A program made the translations under genes and the position numbers. From Eledone cirrhosa (lineage: Eukaryota): a stretch of 64,000 nt of DNA. The stretch is from positions 213,714,001-213,778,000 of the forward strand of contig OZ024743.1 of NCBI GenBank assembly GCA_964016885.1, given 5' to 3'. Under the pieces are notes generated by a model. That model worked only from the letters and a program-made list of their open reading frames with translations. It had not been told where the DNA came from and ran no database searches. The stretch's first letter is position 1. Each line of letters opens with the position of its first letter. Positions 11,855-25,139 of this stretch are shown one piece after another.

Positions 11855-14601
11855 GGAAAAAATGAAACGATATTTCATTTCCCACTCTTAGTACGGCTGT
11901 TACTTAAATATAAGTATGTACACGTACATACATATATGTATACCGACGTACAGTAGTATGTATATATATATATACATACATGCACACATATATATATGCA
12001 CGTATGGATTCACCGAACATTTATTATAATGCTCGGTGTGTTTGTAAACAAACATCCCGTATTAAGCCGTAGTGTCTAGCAACCACCGTTGCTCGTTTGT
12101 TCAACACTGACAAAGGAACGCTGTACTAGTTTCAAGCTTGTTAGCTATCGTCAGCAACGTATACCTTCCTGCCAGATTGTTGAACGTATATACTTACCTT
12201 ATGCATATTAACGGCTGAGTAGCCCAATATGCATATCGAGTGGGTTAATCGGCCGGGTGCACCGAAAACGATAAACGGAAAAAATGAAACGATATTTCAT
12301 TTCCCACTCTTAGTACGGCTGTTACTTAAATATAAGTATGTACACGTACATACATATATGTATACCGACGTACAGTAGTATGTATATATATATATACATA
12401 CATGCACACATATATATATGCACGTATGGATTCACCGAACATTTATTATAATGCTCGGTGTGTTTGTAAACAAACATCCCGTATTAAGCCGTAGTGTCTA
12501 GCAACCACCGTTGCTCGTTTGTTCAACACTGACAAAGGAACGCTGTACTAGTTTCAAGCTTGTTAGCTATCGTCAGCAACGTATACCTTCCTGCCAGATT
12601 GTTGAACGTATATACTTACCTTATGCATATTAACGGCTGAGTAGCCCAATATGCATATCGAGTGGGTTAATCGGCCGGGTGCACCGAAAACGATAAACGG
12701 AAAAAATGAAACGATATTTCATTTCCCACTCTTAGTACGGCTGTTACTTAAATATAAGTATGTACACGTACATACATATATGTATACCGACGTACAGTAG
12801 TATGTATATATATATATACATACATGCACACATATATATATGCACGTATGGATTCACCGAACATTTATTATAATGCTCGGTGTGTTTGTAAACAAACATC
12901 CCGTATTAAGCCGTAGTGTCTAGCAACCACCGTTGCTCGTTTGTTCAACACTGACAAAGGAACGCTGTACTAGTTTCAAGCTTGTTAGCTATCGTCAGCA
13001 ACGTATACCTTCCTGCCAGATTGTTGAACGTATATACTTACCTTATGCATATTAACGGCTGAGTAGCCCAATATGCATATCGAGTGGGTTAATCGGCCGG
13101 GTGCACCGAAAACGATAAACGGAAAAAATGAAACGATATTTCATTTCCCACTCTTAGTACGGCTGTTACTTAAATATAAGTATGTACACGTACATACATA
13201 TATGTATACCGACGTACAGTAGTATGTATATATATATATACATACATGCACACATATATATATGCACGTATGGATTCACCGAACATTTATTATAATGCTC
13301 GGTGTGTTTGTAAACAAACATCCCGTATTAAGCCGTAGTGTCTAGCAACCACGAGTGGGAAATGAAATATCGTTTCATTTTTTCCGTTTATCGTTTTCGG
13401 TGCACCCGGCCGATTAACCCACTCGATATGCATATTGGGCTACTCAGCCGTTAATATGCATAAGGTAAGTATATACGTTCAACAATCTGGCAGGAAGGTA
13501 TACGTTGCTGACGATAGCTAACAAGCTTGAAACTAGTACAGCGTTCCTTTGTCAGTGTTGAACAAACGAGCAACGGTGGTTGCTAGACACTACGGCTTAA
13601 TACGGGATGTTTGTTTACAAACACACCGAGCATTATAATAAATGTTCGGTGAATCCATACGTGCATATATATATGTGTGCATGTATGTATATATATATAT
13701 ACATACTACTGTACGTCGGTATACATATATGTATGTACGTGTACATACTTATATTTAAGTAACAGCCGTACTAAGAGTGGGAAATGAAATATCGTTTCAT
13801 TTTTTCCGTTTATCGTTTTCGGTGCACCCGGCCGATTAACCCACTCGATATGCATATTGGGCTACTCAGCCGTTAATATGCATAAGGTAAGTATATACGT
13901 TCAACAATCTGGCAGGAAGGTATACGTTGCTGACGATAGCTAACAAGCTTGAAACTAGTACAGCGTTCCTTTGTCAGTGTTGAACAAACGAGCAACGGTG
14001 GTTGCTAGACACTACGGCTTAATACGGGATGTTTGTTTACAAACACACCGAGCATTATAATAAATGTTCGGTGAATCCATACGTGCATATATATATGTGT
14101 GCATGTATGTATATATATATATACATACTACTGTACGTCGGTATACATATATGTATGTACGTGTACATACTTATATTTAAGTAACAGCCGTACTAAGAGT
14201 GGGAAATGAAATATCGTTTCATTTTTTCCGTTTATCGTTTTCGGTGCACCCGGCCGATTAACCCACTCGATATGCATATTGGGCTACTCAGCCGTTAATA
14301 TGCATAAGGTAAGTATATACGTTCAACAATCTGGCAGGAAGGTATACGTTGCTGACGATAGCTAACAAGCTTGAAACTAGTACAGCGTTCCTTTGTCAGT
14401 GTTGAACAAACGAGCAACGGTGGTTGCTAGACACTACGGCTTAATACGGGATGTTTGTTTACAAACACACCGAGCATTATAATAAATGTTCGGTGAATCC
14501 ATACGTGCATATATATATGTGTGCATGTATGTATATATATATATACATACTACTGTACGTCGGTATACATATATGTATGTACGTGTACATACTTATATTT
14601 A
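11849..14601. mobile_element. 422-bp HHR tandem array (retrozyme-like): ~3.6 units on minus (11849-13352), ~3 units on plus (13353-14601)
   Basis: Unit starts at 11851/12273/12695/13117 and 13353/13775/14197; units look identical; (TA)n on both flanks. Confidence 0.92.
13503..13543 (+). ncRNA. Minimal type I HHR of the 422-bp unit (also 13925-13965 and 14347-14387 on +; 12119-12159, 12541-12581, 12963-13003 on -)
   Basis: CGTTG-CTGACGA-T AGC TAACAA GCT T-GAAA-C TA G-TA-CAGCG; palindromic ACTAGT stem III; distal stem I ctggca..ggaa/ttcc..tgtcag. Confidence 0.88.
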
Positions 14602-15543
14602 TATATATATATATATATATATATGTGTATGTATATGTGTCTTTATATCCGTGTTTTTACATCTATGTTTTTTGTTTTGATTTTGTCTTCTTTCTTTTTT
14701 TACATCCTCATTTTTATGCGTGTGCATGAAAACAGCTCAATATGCGTGAGTGTATGTATGTGTGTGTGTGTGTGTGTACGTATCGAATGTATGGATGTGT
14801 AAGTGTGCGTGTGTATATAAGCATGTATATTTTTGTGTTTTTTGTGTGTGCGTGTGCGAGTGTGTATACAGTCGCGTGCGTGCGCGTGATTAGATATACA
14901 TGGGGCGAGGCGTATATACGTATATATGTGTATCCTGTGTGTGTAGATGTGCTTGCATACGCGTTTGTCTGCACGTTTTTTGCGTCTATATATATATATT
15001 TCTTATAGATATACGTTTCTTGTAGATATACGTGTGTGTGTGTATGCGTGTACCTTGTTTGTCTTCTTTTCTTTAATTTTTTCTTTCTAAATTATTGTTC
15101 TATTTTTATAAATATATCGAGAATGATACTTTCTTTTAATTATTACATTCCCTTACCTCTTTTACTTCCGCATATAAGTGTACGTGCGTGTGGGTGTGTT
15201 TATACGCGTGCCTTCATATTCTTATAATGTATCTATTACCCTATTTTTTCTGTGTACCTGCCAAACAGAAAACCACATCATGTCTGTCTGTAGTTTACAG
15301 ATACACAGATACACTTTCCCTAACATATATATTTACGCACACTTTTTCACTGTACGTATACATGTGTACATACACATATGTGTACATCTGTGAGCGTATA
15401 TACATCCATATACTCACACCTAACTATATTTCTTGAAAGACTTTTATATATTTCATATGGCTATTGTAATTCATTTGTCTATATTTATATAACTCTTTTG
15501 CTTTTCTTGATGAGACTTTCCAAGTATTTAGCCATGTTTTATA

Positions 15544-15619
15544 TTGCCTCGTCTGACGAACGAATGAAAACGTTTCTTTCGTATTCGCCTCATTCTGGAA
15601 ACCTCTGGTAATGAGGTAA
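15544..15619 (+). ncRNA. Type I HHR of family B, right-arm copy
   Basis: TTGCCTCGT-CTGACGA...GAAA-CC TCT GG-TA-ATGAGGTAA. Confidence 0.8.
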
Positions 15620-15766
15620 TTATATTGTATTGATTTTTATACATTAAATTTTGCTCTGGTACTTACATAGATTCAGGTCCCAGACGACTGAGCTCCGGCC
15701 TTTCGACAGCTAAATCAGATCTCTAGTGCGTTATGATCCACTTGGTATCTTACCATACCCTCTGTG

Positions 15767-15805
<39 letters not shown>

Positions 15806-15839
15806 TACACCGGTGTGTATGATTGTGTATAGAAGATTA

Positions 15840-16222
15840 TATTAATAAAAGGAATTCCAACTTTGTCTGATTTACTCTTTTTATTTACAATCCTTTAAAA
15901 TTATAATGATATTATAATGAAATAGTATGGTAGAATATTAAATGTTATGTGTTAATTGAACAAGTATTTTCATGCTTTCGTAATCTTCAGGTTCATATTC
16001 AGTGGTGACAGTCAAATTTGCAATTTTCAAGTTGAAAATTGCAAACTTGACTGTCACCACACATTATGAACCTTAAGATTGCGAAAGCATGAAAATACTT
16101 GTTCAATTAACACTTAACATTTAATATTCTACCATACTATTTCATTATAATATCATTATAATTTTAAAGGATTGTAAATAAAAAGAGTAAATCAGACCAA
16201 GTTGGAATTCCTTTTATTAATA
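15840..16222. repeat. ~380-bp near-perfect palindrome
   Basis: Centre at ~16030 (gcaattttcaagttgaaaattgc); arms match out to ttaataaaaggaattccaac. Confidence 0.9.
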
Positions 16223-16282
16223 TATATATCTATATATATATATATATATTATATATATATATATACATACACACACACACAA

Positions 16283-16356
<74 letters not shown>

Positions 16357-17498
16357 CATGTGTGTGTGTCCATATTTGTCTGTCTGCATGTATATGTGTG
16401 CCTAGAAATGTGCGTGTTAAGAGTGTTGCACGATACTCTTGATAGGAAATAAATTAACAATAATGATAAGTGTAAAATCACAAAAGAGAGATTGCCTCTC
16501 ACGCCGTGAACTTATGACATATCAAAGTAAAGAAACCTCAAATTCCACTTTTTCAAAAGAATCATAAATAAACGGAAAATATTTCCTTCTCGTATTTGCG
16601 TTCTCTTCATATCGACCTTTGCAAGGAAATCACTACCCACCATTCTGATACACACACACACACGCGCACACATATACACACACACACACACACACTGACA
16701 CACGCTCACACAGACACACGCTCACACACACACACACACGTACACGTATACGCACGCACACGCACACATACACACGCCCACACACACACACTCCCCCTGT
16801 CTCTCTCTCTTTCATACACACATACATATGTAGATTTATATATATATATAGTTACACACAAATATCCTTATAGATAAATATGCGAATGCCATATATGTAT
16901 ATACATATACATATGTATATACATATACATACATACATACACACACACACATGTATATATATTTACATGTGTGTGTGTATGTGTGTATTTGTGTGTGTGT
17001 GTGTGAGTGTGTTTTTTTTTGTGTATGTATGTATGTGTATGTGCTTGTGTGGGTGTACTTATGTGAGAGATTCTATTTCATTGTTATCATTGAAAGAATC
17101 TATACATATTTTCTTCTTTCTGATTTACAAACCTGTGCTTTTAAGTTCCGCATGCTTAAACACTTTTCGTAAACTTAAAAACATAGATGAAAGATTGTAG
17201 AAAGAGAAAGGAATGAAAAGAATATTAAATTCAATAAAGAAAATGAACTCAAAGAATCTCAAAACTCTCAAAGAATGCCACGAAACGAAAATTCTGTTAC
17301 GTTATTTATTAAATTATATTAATAAAAAAATAAAAAATAAATTTCTGCAAGAATTTTAAAAGAGGTGATACAAAGGTACTGTGTGGCTAGAAATAGAAAG
17401 TGAAATGTGATAGAGTTAAAGATATATAAACACACACACGCACACACACACATAGAGACAGACACACACACACACACACAAACACACATACACACATA

Positions 17499-17538
<40 letters not shown>

Positions 17539-17597
17539 GACATATATATATATGAACACACACACATACATCCATACATACATTCATACATACATTC

Positions 17598-17655
<58 letters not shown>

Positions 17656-17658
<3 letters not shown>

Positions 17659-17920
17659 AATGTAATCGGAGATTTTCGAATATTAATAATAGCATTCGAT
17701 TCGTTTGCAATTATGCAAACAAGCCTCACTTTTATAGCCATGTCAGTAGAATGAACCCTTCATTCCTGCTCTTGTGTTTGCATTTGAACAAACATGCCAA
17801 CACAAGAGCAAGAATGAAGGGTTCATTCTACTGACATGGCTATAAAATTGAGGCTTGTTTGCATAATTGCAAACGAATCGAATGCTATTATTAATATTCG
17901 AAAAACTCAGATTACATTTA
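17656..17920. repeat. ~265-bp near-perfect palindrome
   Basis: taaatgtaatc...gattacattta, loop near 17785-17795. Confidence 0.9.
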
Positions 17921-17955
17921 TTGTATTCAGCCATGTAGAGCGAACATTTTCTTTT

Positions 17956-18005
<50 letters not shown>

Positions 18006-18188
18006 GTGTATGTTCGTGTGTGTATGTGTGTGCCCGTGTTTGTGCGCATGTGGACATGTTTTTCTTAATGAGAGAAAGAGTTATATTCGCCCATGTGTGT
18101 TTGTTCAGATAGTAAGTGTGTGCAATGTGAATGTATATACATATATGCATGTTTATATACATGCATATATACATCTGCGTGTTTTGCA

Positions 18189-18258
<70 letters not shown>

Positions 18259-19029
18259 GTGTGTGTCTGTGTATTGGTGCTCCAACATAGCGGTGTACCC
18301 ATAAAGATGGAACCGCCCATCTCCAACAGCCCCCGAGAGGTTTGTAGACCCCGTTCTGTTCTGTTAACTATAACCAGTCAACATGGCAATTATAAGAGTA
18401 GGATGTATAGAACTATGTCGCTTGGGTCGTCCTGGAAGTAAGGTCGCTTGCTCAACGACATCAGGTAGTTAACTATGTATGTGACTGCCGTCAGCGATAC
18501 TAGGATTTGCGACACGCGTACCCCCCCCCCCCTTTATTTTCATGACTATACGATCTTTGCATCTCTTATTCTGTCTGCAATGGGAGTCAGGATGGCAGTG
18601 CTGCATAGGAAAGACCTGGATATTGAGAAAGCTACCCCCGAAAGGCCGGTTGGATGTGGCGAACGCATGCATGGCGTCCATCATATATTACCACCTTACC
18701 GTCATGACTTTCCCCGGTCCATTGTTCACCTGTATGGCGGGCAATGGAGCCCAGTTTTATGGCCAAAGCGACGCGGCTAGATTTGAGAACGATTCGCAGC
18801 ACCTCGCATCCCAAATACTGGATTTGTTTATTTTTATCGCGATCGTATGTTTGTTGACAGAGGCTAGCCTCCATTTTCTCTCTCCACTTCTCTTGGTTTA
18901 GAGTTTCCGAATGACGTTGCGATGACGGAATCCATTATTCTGCTGGAAACAACTGTTGAGAAAAATATCTTGAATATTCGTCACCCCCGTAGGGGTGGGT
19001 GTTTCTTGAAACACGACCACTCTACCTGC

Positions 19030-19870
19030 AACAAGCAGGTTTACTCATCTAATCTTTTATGAAGATTAAAACCCAAATAAAAGCTTAGAAAAGGAAAACA
19101 CAAGGAACAAATACTATTGAAATATCTGGAGCTGAAGAGAAGTGTGGATTTCACGTTATGGGTCGAAATAACAACAACATCAATAATCATAATATAATTG
19201 TTTCTACTTTAGGCACAAGGCCAGCAACTACCCAGTGCCTCACTGGTACTTTATTTTATCGACCCCGTAAGGATGAAAGGCAAAGTCAACCTCGGCGGGA
19301 TTTGAACTCAGATCGTAAAGGGACGTAACTATGCTAGAAAGCATGGCGTCCGACCCTCTACCGATACTACCAATCCACCGCCCTGGTCAATAATCATAAT
19401 ATAATAATGTCAATTGAAGCTAGAAAAGTTTGTGAAAAATAGATTTGTCGATAATCCTATTGTGTATTGTAATGCAGTTGATATCACAAGAAATAGTCAT
19501 GAACAGATGTTATGGAAATGTTGCTTCTGGTTAAAAGGTATCGTCTATATATTTGGTATGGAATGGACGACATATAAAGCAGAATCCATTATAACCATGA
19601 CAAAATTCGAACAACAGCATCTGTAGCAATAACACTAGCTACATATAATACTATCTACAAAAGTAATGGCAATATAAGTAGCTGAAAGGAACGTTTCACA
19701 GAATTCCAACGTGATCCATATGCACTTTTATTAATAGAAAATGTTTATAGCTGTTCTGGAACACTTTATCACAGAACGGGGCTCCAATTTATCAAACAAA
19801 CGTCATACGACTATACCAAACTGCTCCTGTTGAATAGAAATCTCATAAAATTCTGACATTTAAATAAGAA
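19030..19870 (+). repeat. Old dispersed repeat, inverted homolog at ~49370-49960
   Basis: Shared blocks such as gaagctagaaaagtttgtgaaaa and ttccaacgtgatccatatg in opposite orientation. Confidence 0.7.
19199..19386 (-). mobile_element. tRNA-derived SINE with 19-bp TSD
   Basis: TSD tcaataatcataatataat at 19180-19198 and 19387-19405; A and B boxes on minus strand. Confidence 0.92.
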
Positions 19871-19995
19871 GATAAATCTCTTGATATTTACAATGTGTGT
19901 ATGCCTACATGTATGTATGTATGTATGTATGTATGTATGTATGTATGTATGTATGTATGTATGTATGTATGTATGTATGTATGTATGTATGTATG

Positions 19996-20602
19996 TCAGG
20001 TCACCAGTTCGTGATACTGGTAACATGTATCCCAGTACAACCTGTCTCATGGTCGGGTCGTTGGCGACTAAACTGGCAACCCCACCAAGGTTTCTTGGTG
20101 AGGAGGGTGACTTTGGACATCCTGCAGGACTAAAATCAAAACCTCTCAAAAGGCAAGGGAGCTCTTACGAGTCAATGACCATCCAAAATCACCGGGAGAG
20201 ATGACCCCTTAGCCTTTGTCAAGGCAGAATTCTAGGAGAAGGAAAACTCTGATATAACACCTGCAACCCTGATGGCATCCAATGATGTTGACTTGTTCTT
20301 CTTTTTGGTAAATATCATCTTGATTAAGAGAGTGGGACTGGCTTTGTGCAGTGCCTTTGCTCACTATAAAAGCTTCACGGCACAGGCATTGCTTTATATC
20401 TGGAGATCTCTCTGCACTTGTCATCACATGGTACCATGGGCCCCGCACTATGTGTCAATAATGGTCACAAGTGTAGTCTTTGTACCAGAGTTTTCAAGTC
20501 GCTGGCCGGACTAAAAAGTCACACTCGTTCAGCGCATCGGTAGGGGTTCTCCTACATGGATATAAAGTAGTTGCCGTACTCGAAAACGAGTTGGCAGCCA
20601 CC
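19996..20602. mobile_element. Probable retroelement fragment inserted in (ATGT)n
   Basis: GC-richer 600-bp block flanked on both sides by (ATGT)n; resembles an RTE-type LINE 5' region. Confidence 0.4.
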
Positions 20603-21334
20603 ATGTATGTATGTATGTATGTATGTATGTATGTATGTATGTATGTATGTATGTATGTATGTATGTATGGTTCTATGTATACATGTATGCATGGATGTAT
20701 ATGTGTGTGAGAGTAAAGTGTAAACTGCGAAAATAGTACAATCTTCGTCCCATTATTAGCTATTTATTTAAGGGTACACACATTTAACACACTTAAACGA
20801 CGGAATGATGATCATTCACCTCATTGTACCCATATAAATGAAAATAGCCAGCAGAGAGAGGTATATTTCAAAATTTCGTTCGATTAGCAATAGCATAACA
20901 AAAGGAAGTGAAGGTAAATCTCAATGCCCACACGTAAAATTATGTCAGTTTTTACGTACACTGCTGTTATTCTAATCAGTCGAAAGACCATGACAATTAA
21001 TTGTTTAATCTGTTAGGTAATTTCAGCCGAAGTATTTTCTTGTTTAATTGTTTAACATTTCTGATTTCTCTCTCTTCCCGGTCAAAACAGCTTTTCTCTA
21101 TAGATTGTTTTACCAATATTTTAATACTGTCCACTGTATTCCACTATTGAGGAAAATTGCATAGCTATTGGCATCATAGGGTTAGCAGTCCTGATATTTA
21201 GAGGACAAAAGGATTTCGAACTTCCTACCAAAGAGGTGATGATGGGACGTCGTTAAAGAGCTCTGATTTGGTTTGTATCGATTTGCTTACATTGTTCGAC
21301 ACTGAACGTTTGACAGCTAATTTGACTGACTATC

Positions 21335-21760
21335 TCCATGGCCTCGTATAGGCATAGGCTACACTTTCTACTTCCAGACTGAAGGATGATGCGGTCAACC
21401 TGAAATCGGAAATAATCATGACATGCAGACACCAGAGAAGGTGCACACTCTCCGCATGGAATCCATCGGGAAGCCCAGGCTAAAGGCATGCGGCAGAGCG
21501 CACGCCGACCAGAGTGACGAAACGGGTTCAACGGATCACACACCATACCCTGATCACAGTATATGCCCCGTGGGGTAAACGAAAATAACCCAAGATGCAT
21601 ACCCGACTCTGCACGTCACCTTAGACAAGAACATCGCCTGAGCCGGGACAGGTTGACCCGGATTCCACTGACTTTCAGTCAAATACCTTACACTTATAGG
21701 ACAGCATGCTTCAACCACAGTGACACACTCCAGTATGGCCGGTCCACACACCCCCATGCA
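21335..21760 (+). mobile_element. 3' fragment of a PLE related to family F, with short inverted 5' piece
   Basis: + strand RLKDDAVNLKSEIIMTCRHQRRC matches 46720-46800 (-); 21337-21375 (-) encodes GSRKCSLCLYEAME. Confidence 0.8.
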
Positions 21761-22384
21761 TGTGTACCTTTTCAATCAAGAATCCATACACTCCACGTAT
21801 TACATTTTGGAACACATATTATTTGTTTCGTATACAGGCCCAAGTGTACATTTCATACTTCTCCTGTGTACTATCTCATACGCATACACGTCCCTTCTTT
21901 TTTTATATATCTCTATGTGACGTTATATATGTGTGTATATATGTATGCGTATATGTATATATGTGTGTATATATAAATATATATATATATATATGTATAT
22001 GTGTATGGATGTATGTATATGGTTATATTGTTTATATATGTGCATGTTTACAACAAGATACATCCTTTAATGTATGACTTTATATGCATATTTTAGTATA
22101 TTGTAGTTTTTTTTTATATATGTGTATGTATGTGTGTGTATGTACATATCTGTGTGTGTGTATATATATATGTGTATATATATATATATGTGCATATATA
22201 TATATGTATGTGTATGGATGTATATATATATGGTTATATTGTTTATATTTGTGCATGTGTATAACAAGATACATCCGTTCATGTATGACCCTTTGTATGA
22301 CCCATTGTGCAGCTTTATATGACTTTGTGTGTATATCATATTTTTGTATAGACAGATATATGTATGTATGTATCTTTGTAGACG

Positions 22385-23485
22385 TGCGTGGGCCTGTAGG
22401 TACAATTACAGTTAGTACTAACTACAGGGTTGCACGTGTTCCTACGGCTAGGTTGTTTAGCTAAATTTGAAGCTGCGATGTTATGTGCAAGGTTAGGAGT
22501 CGTAGAGTAAGAAATTTTAATAGTATTTCTATTAAAAATTTTACTATATTTATATGTAGGGGGAAAATGCTTCGTAATAAGGGATAGAAAGATTTTAGCT
22601 AATGGTGAGGCCACCTCCATATTATATGGTGGGTTATACCATATAATGCGTCGGGATCTATTTCTTCTAGGTCTATTCTCGTACTCTGTATATGCTACCT
22701 TATCGACAAATCCACTCCGAGGAAGAGCTTCATTGTTATATGTGGAATGGTCGTTGAAAATATGCTCGTTAGCAGATAGACGGGAAAGCCTCAACGAAAC
22801 GTTTCTTACCAGGTTCTTGGTTATGCTGGCAGGATGGTTGGAATGCTTATTTATGTAATTAAGCGTATCATTCGGCTTTCTATACGGGTAATACAAGCCA
22901 TTCGATAAATTGAGGGTAACGTCGAGGTAATTAACGACCGAGAGGTTGGCCTCAACCTGTATAGAGAGGTTGAAGCCTTTAAAGAAGGCTGTGAGTTCTT
23001 TTCTGAACCTGTCGCAAGCACAAGGGCCGCACTTAGTCATGGTCAAAAGACCATCATCACGGTACAAACCACCGCCCACATTGGGGAATTCGTCCTTGAT
23101 AGAGAAAAGAAGGAAAAGACCGATAAGATCAATAACCTCCGCAGAATTGCTGGCGCCCATACTCACGTCGAATGGGGTACTACTGGATTTTTTAATCCAA
23201 ATAGAGTCGTCGAAATTAATCACCGACTTACGGGCATTGAGGATGAAATCAACTTCGAAATGCTTAATCACTCTGAGTGTTTTAGCGAAATTGATAGCTC
23301 TAAGGAGAAGTGGTAAAGTGATGGAGGAGTAGTAATTATTGATGTTGAATTGGATAAAACGGCAATGTTCCTTGTTGCATATGCCGTTGAACCAATCAAT
23401 CACCGCGAGAGAATTGTTCCACAGTGCAAGAGGGGCCAAACTTCTAATTTCAGGTATAATTCTATCAAGAATCCTTTGGCCTACA
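22385..23485 (-). pseudogene. Naiad-type PLE RT, family C (left arm)
   Basis: ORF 22336-23439: QFNINNYYSSI, MGASNSAE, GGLYRDDG, WYNPPY, CNC. Confidence 0.9.
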
Positions 23486-24209
23486 TAGGGTTAACCGCCA
23501 TTAGATTCAAGTAGCGTCTTTACATGCATACCCATTCATTTCGTTACCCTCTAAGAAGGAATATGACGTCACTTTCAGCTTATATCTGGAGACTAAAAGA
23601 CAACCACACCCAATATAAGTTACACTGGGAGATCCTAGCTAGGGCTAGATCGTATAACGGAAATAAAAGACCTAGTGAACTCTGCGCCGCTGAGGCCCTG
23701 TAAATACTCAACGCCACAGACCACATCTTAAACAAACAATCTGAGGCAATTTCGGCTTGTAAACATAAATTGCACAAAGCCTTCCTGTATTACAGCCCCA
23801 CATTATACCCTAACGGATAGTCTGATCGAACTATACGCGGATATTTTACGTCTTGATGTGGTAGCTAAGTATATGTTATGTTTATACCATTACTTATTTG
23901 CATTGGTAAGTATATATTATCTGTATATTTTGCGAAGGTACGTATACTTTCTCGTACGTATATTTGATTGTATATGTTATGGCGTATATTTTATATATTC
24001 TGGTACATATGCTTTTGGTTATGTGTATACGTGAGTTTTGCGTCTGTGCGAGGATGCGGGTTGGTACGTACGTAGGGAGTGTGTATATGTGTACTTCGTG
24101 TTTTCGTTGACGTACGTCTCCGAACATTGTGTATTTACATGTAGGTATGTGTTTGCGCTTATTATATAAGTATTTATTTATTTATATACGTTTATTTAAT
24201 TACTTGTAT

Positions 24210-24279
<70 letters not shown>

Positions 24280-24839
24280 TTATATGTGCGTGTATTTTTA
24301 TGCCTATGGCGAGTGTTTTCGCTTATTCTTGTGTATGTACGTATTTGGATGCGTGTATGTATTTATTTAATTTCAATTACCTCCGTATTTTATTTACTTT
24401 TTTTCTTAACCATGAAGCGAAAAATCATTCGTTTTCCTAGTTAGAATTTTAGTCTACGACTTCAGTTATACCATTTATGTGGTGTTGGCTTTGTTCTCCA
24501 CGCTCCACATATGACGTATTATCTTCGTTTTTTTCTGTTCATTGCCAGAGAACATCTCTATGAACCACCTAAGAGAATATTAGTCTACGTCTTCTTTTAT
24601 ACCATAAACGTGGTTCTGTCTTTGCGTGTAATTGTTTTTCACCGCTCCAAATAATGACGTATTATATTCGTTTTTTCCCGTTCTTTGCCAGGGAACGTTT
24701 CCACGAACCAAAGTATCGTCTTCCTGTCTTCCTCCGGTTGCAACGTTTTATGAAATATTCACTTCTGCGTTTACAGATTGACTTTGTCAGTTTCAGAAGA
24801 TCCCGTTAAGGGTGAAAGCAGCGAAACTTTAATCTGTTA

Positions 24840-24845
<6 letters not shown>
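23486..24845 (+). mobile_element. Inverted arm of family C: EN C-terminus and 3' UTR
   Basis: TSLSAYIWRLKD..YKLHWEILARA; internal diverged ~120-bp duplication (24449-24710); HHR-like motif at 24780-24840; ends at (TA)n. Confidence 0.75.
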
Positions 24846-24898
<53 letters not shown>

Positions 24899-25076
24899 AG
24901 ATGGCTCCCAAAAATAATGGTTGCATTTTAATAGGGTACGTCAAAGCTTATTTGTAAAACTGTTATATATTGTATTTTGTCTGATGAAGGCATACCATAA
25001 TTTAATTTGGTATCCCTGAAATATGTATAATGAAATAAATATGGTTTTATAAATATAGTTTCCATTTATTAATATC

Positions 25077-25126
<50 letters not shown>

Positions 25127-25139
25127 TAAAATACTAGAG

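Larger units (their letters stand above)
11053..15645 (+). mobile_element. Inverted 3' arm of family B PLE, split by the 422-bp array
   Basis: 11053-11820 and ~14620-15645 are the reverse complement of ~9500 to ~7685; ORF 11065-11352 encodes the EN C-terminus. Confidence 0.9.

Noticed and set aside
11849-14601. CRISPR array or ordinary satellite
   Set aside because: No unique spacers; whole 422-bp units repeat and each carries an HHR
19128-19175. CTGAAGA...GAAA as an HHR
   Set aside because: No stem I, stem III or NUH site; the homolog near 49860 lacks the core
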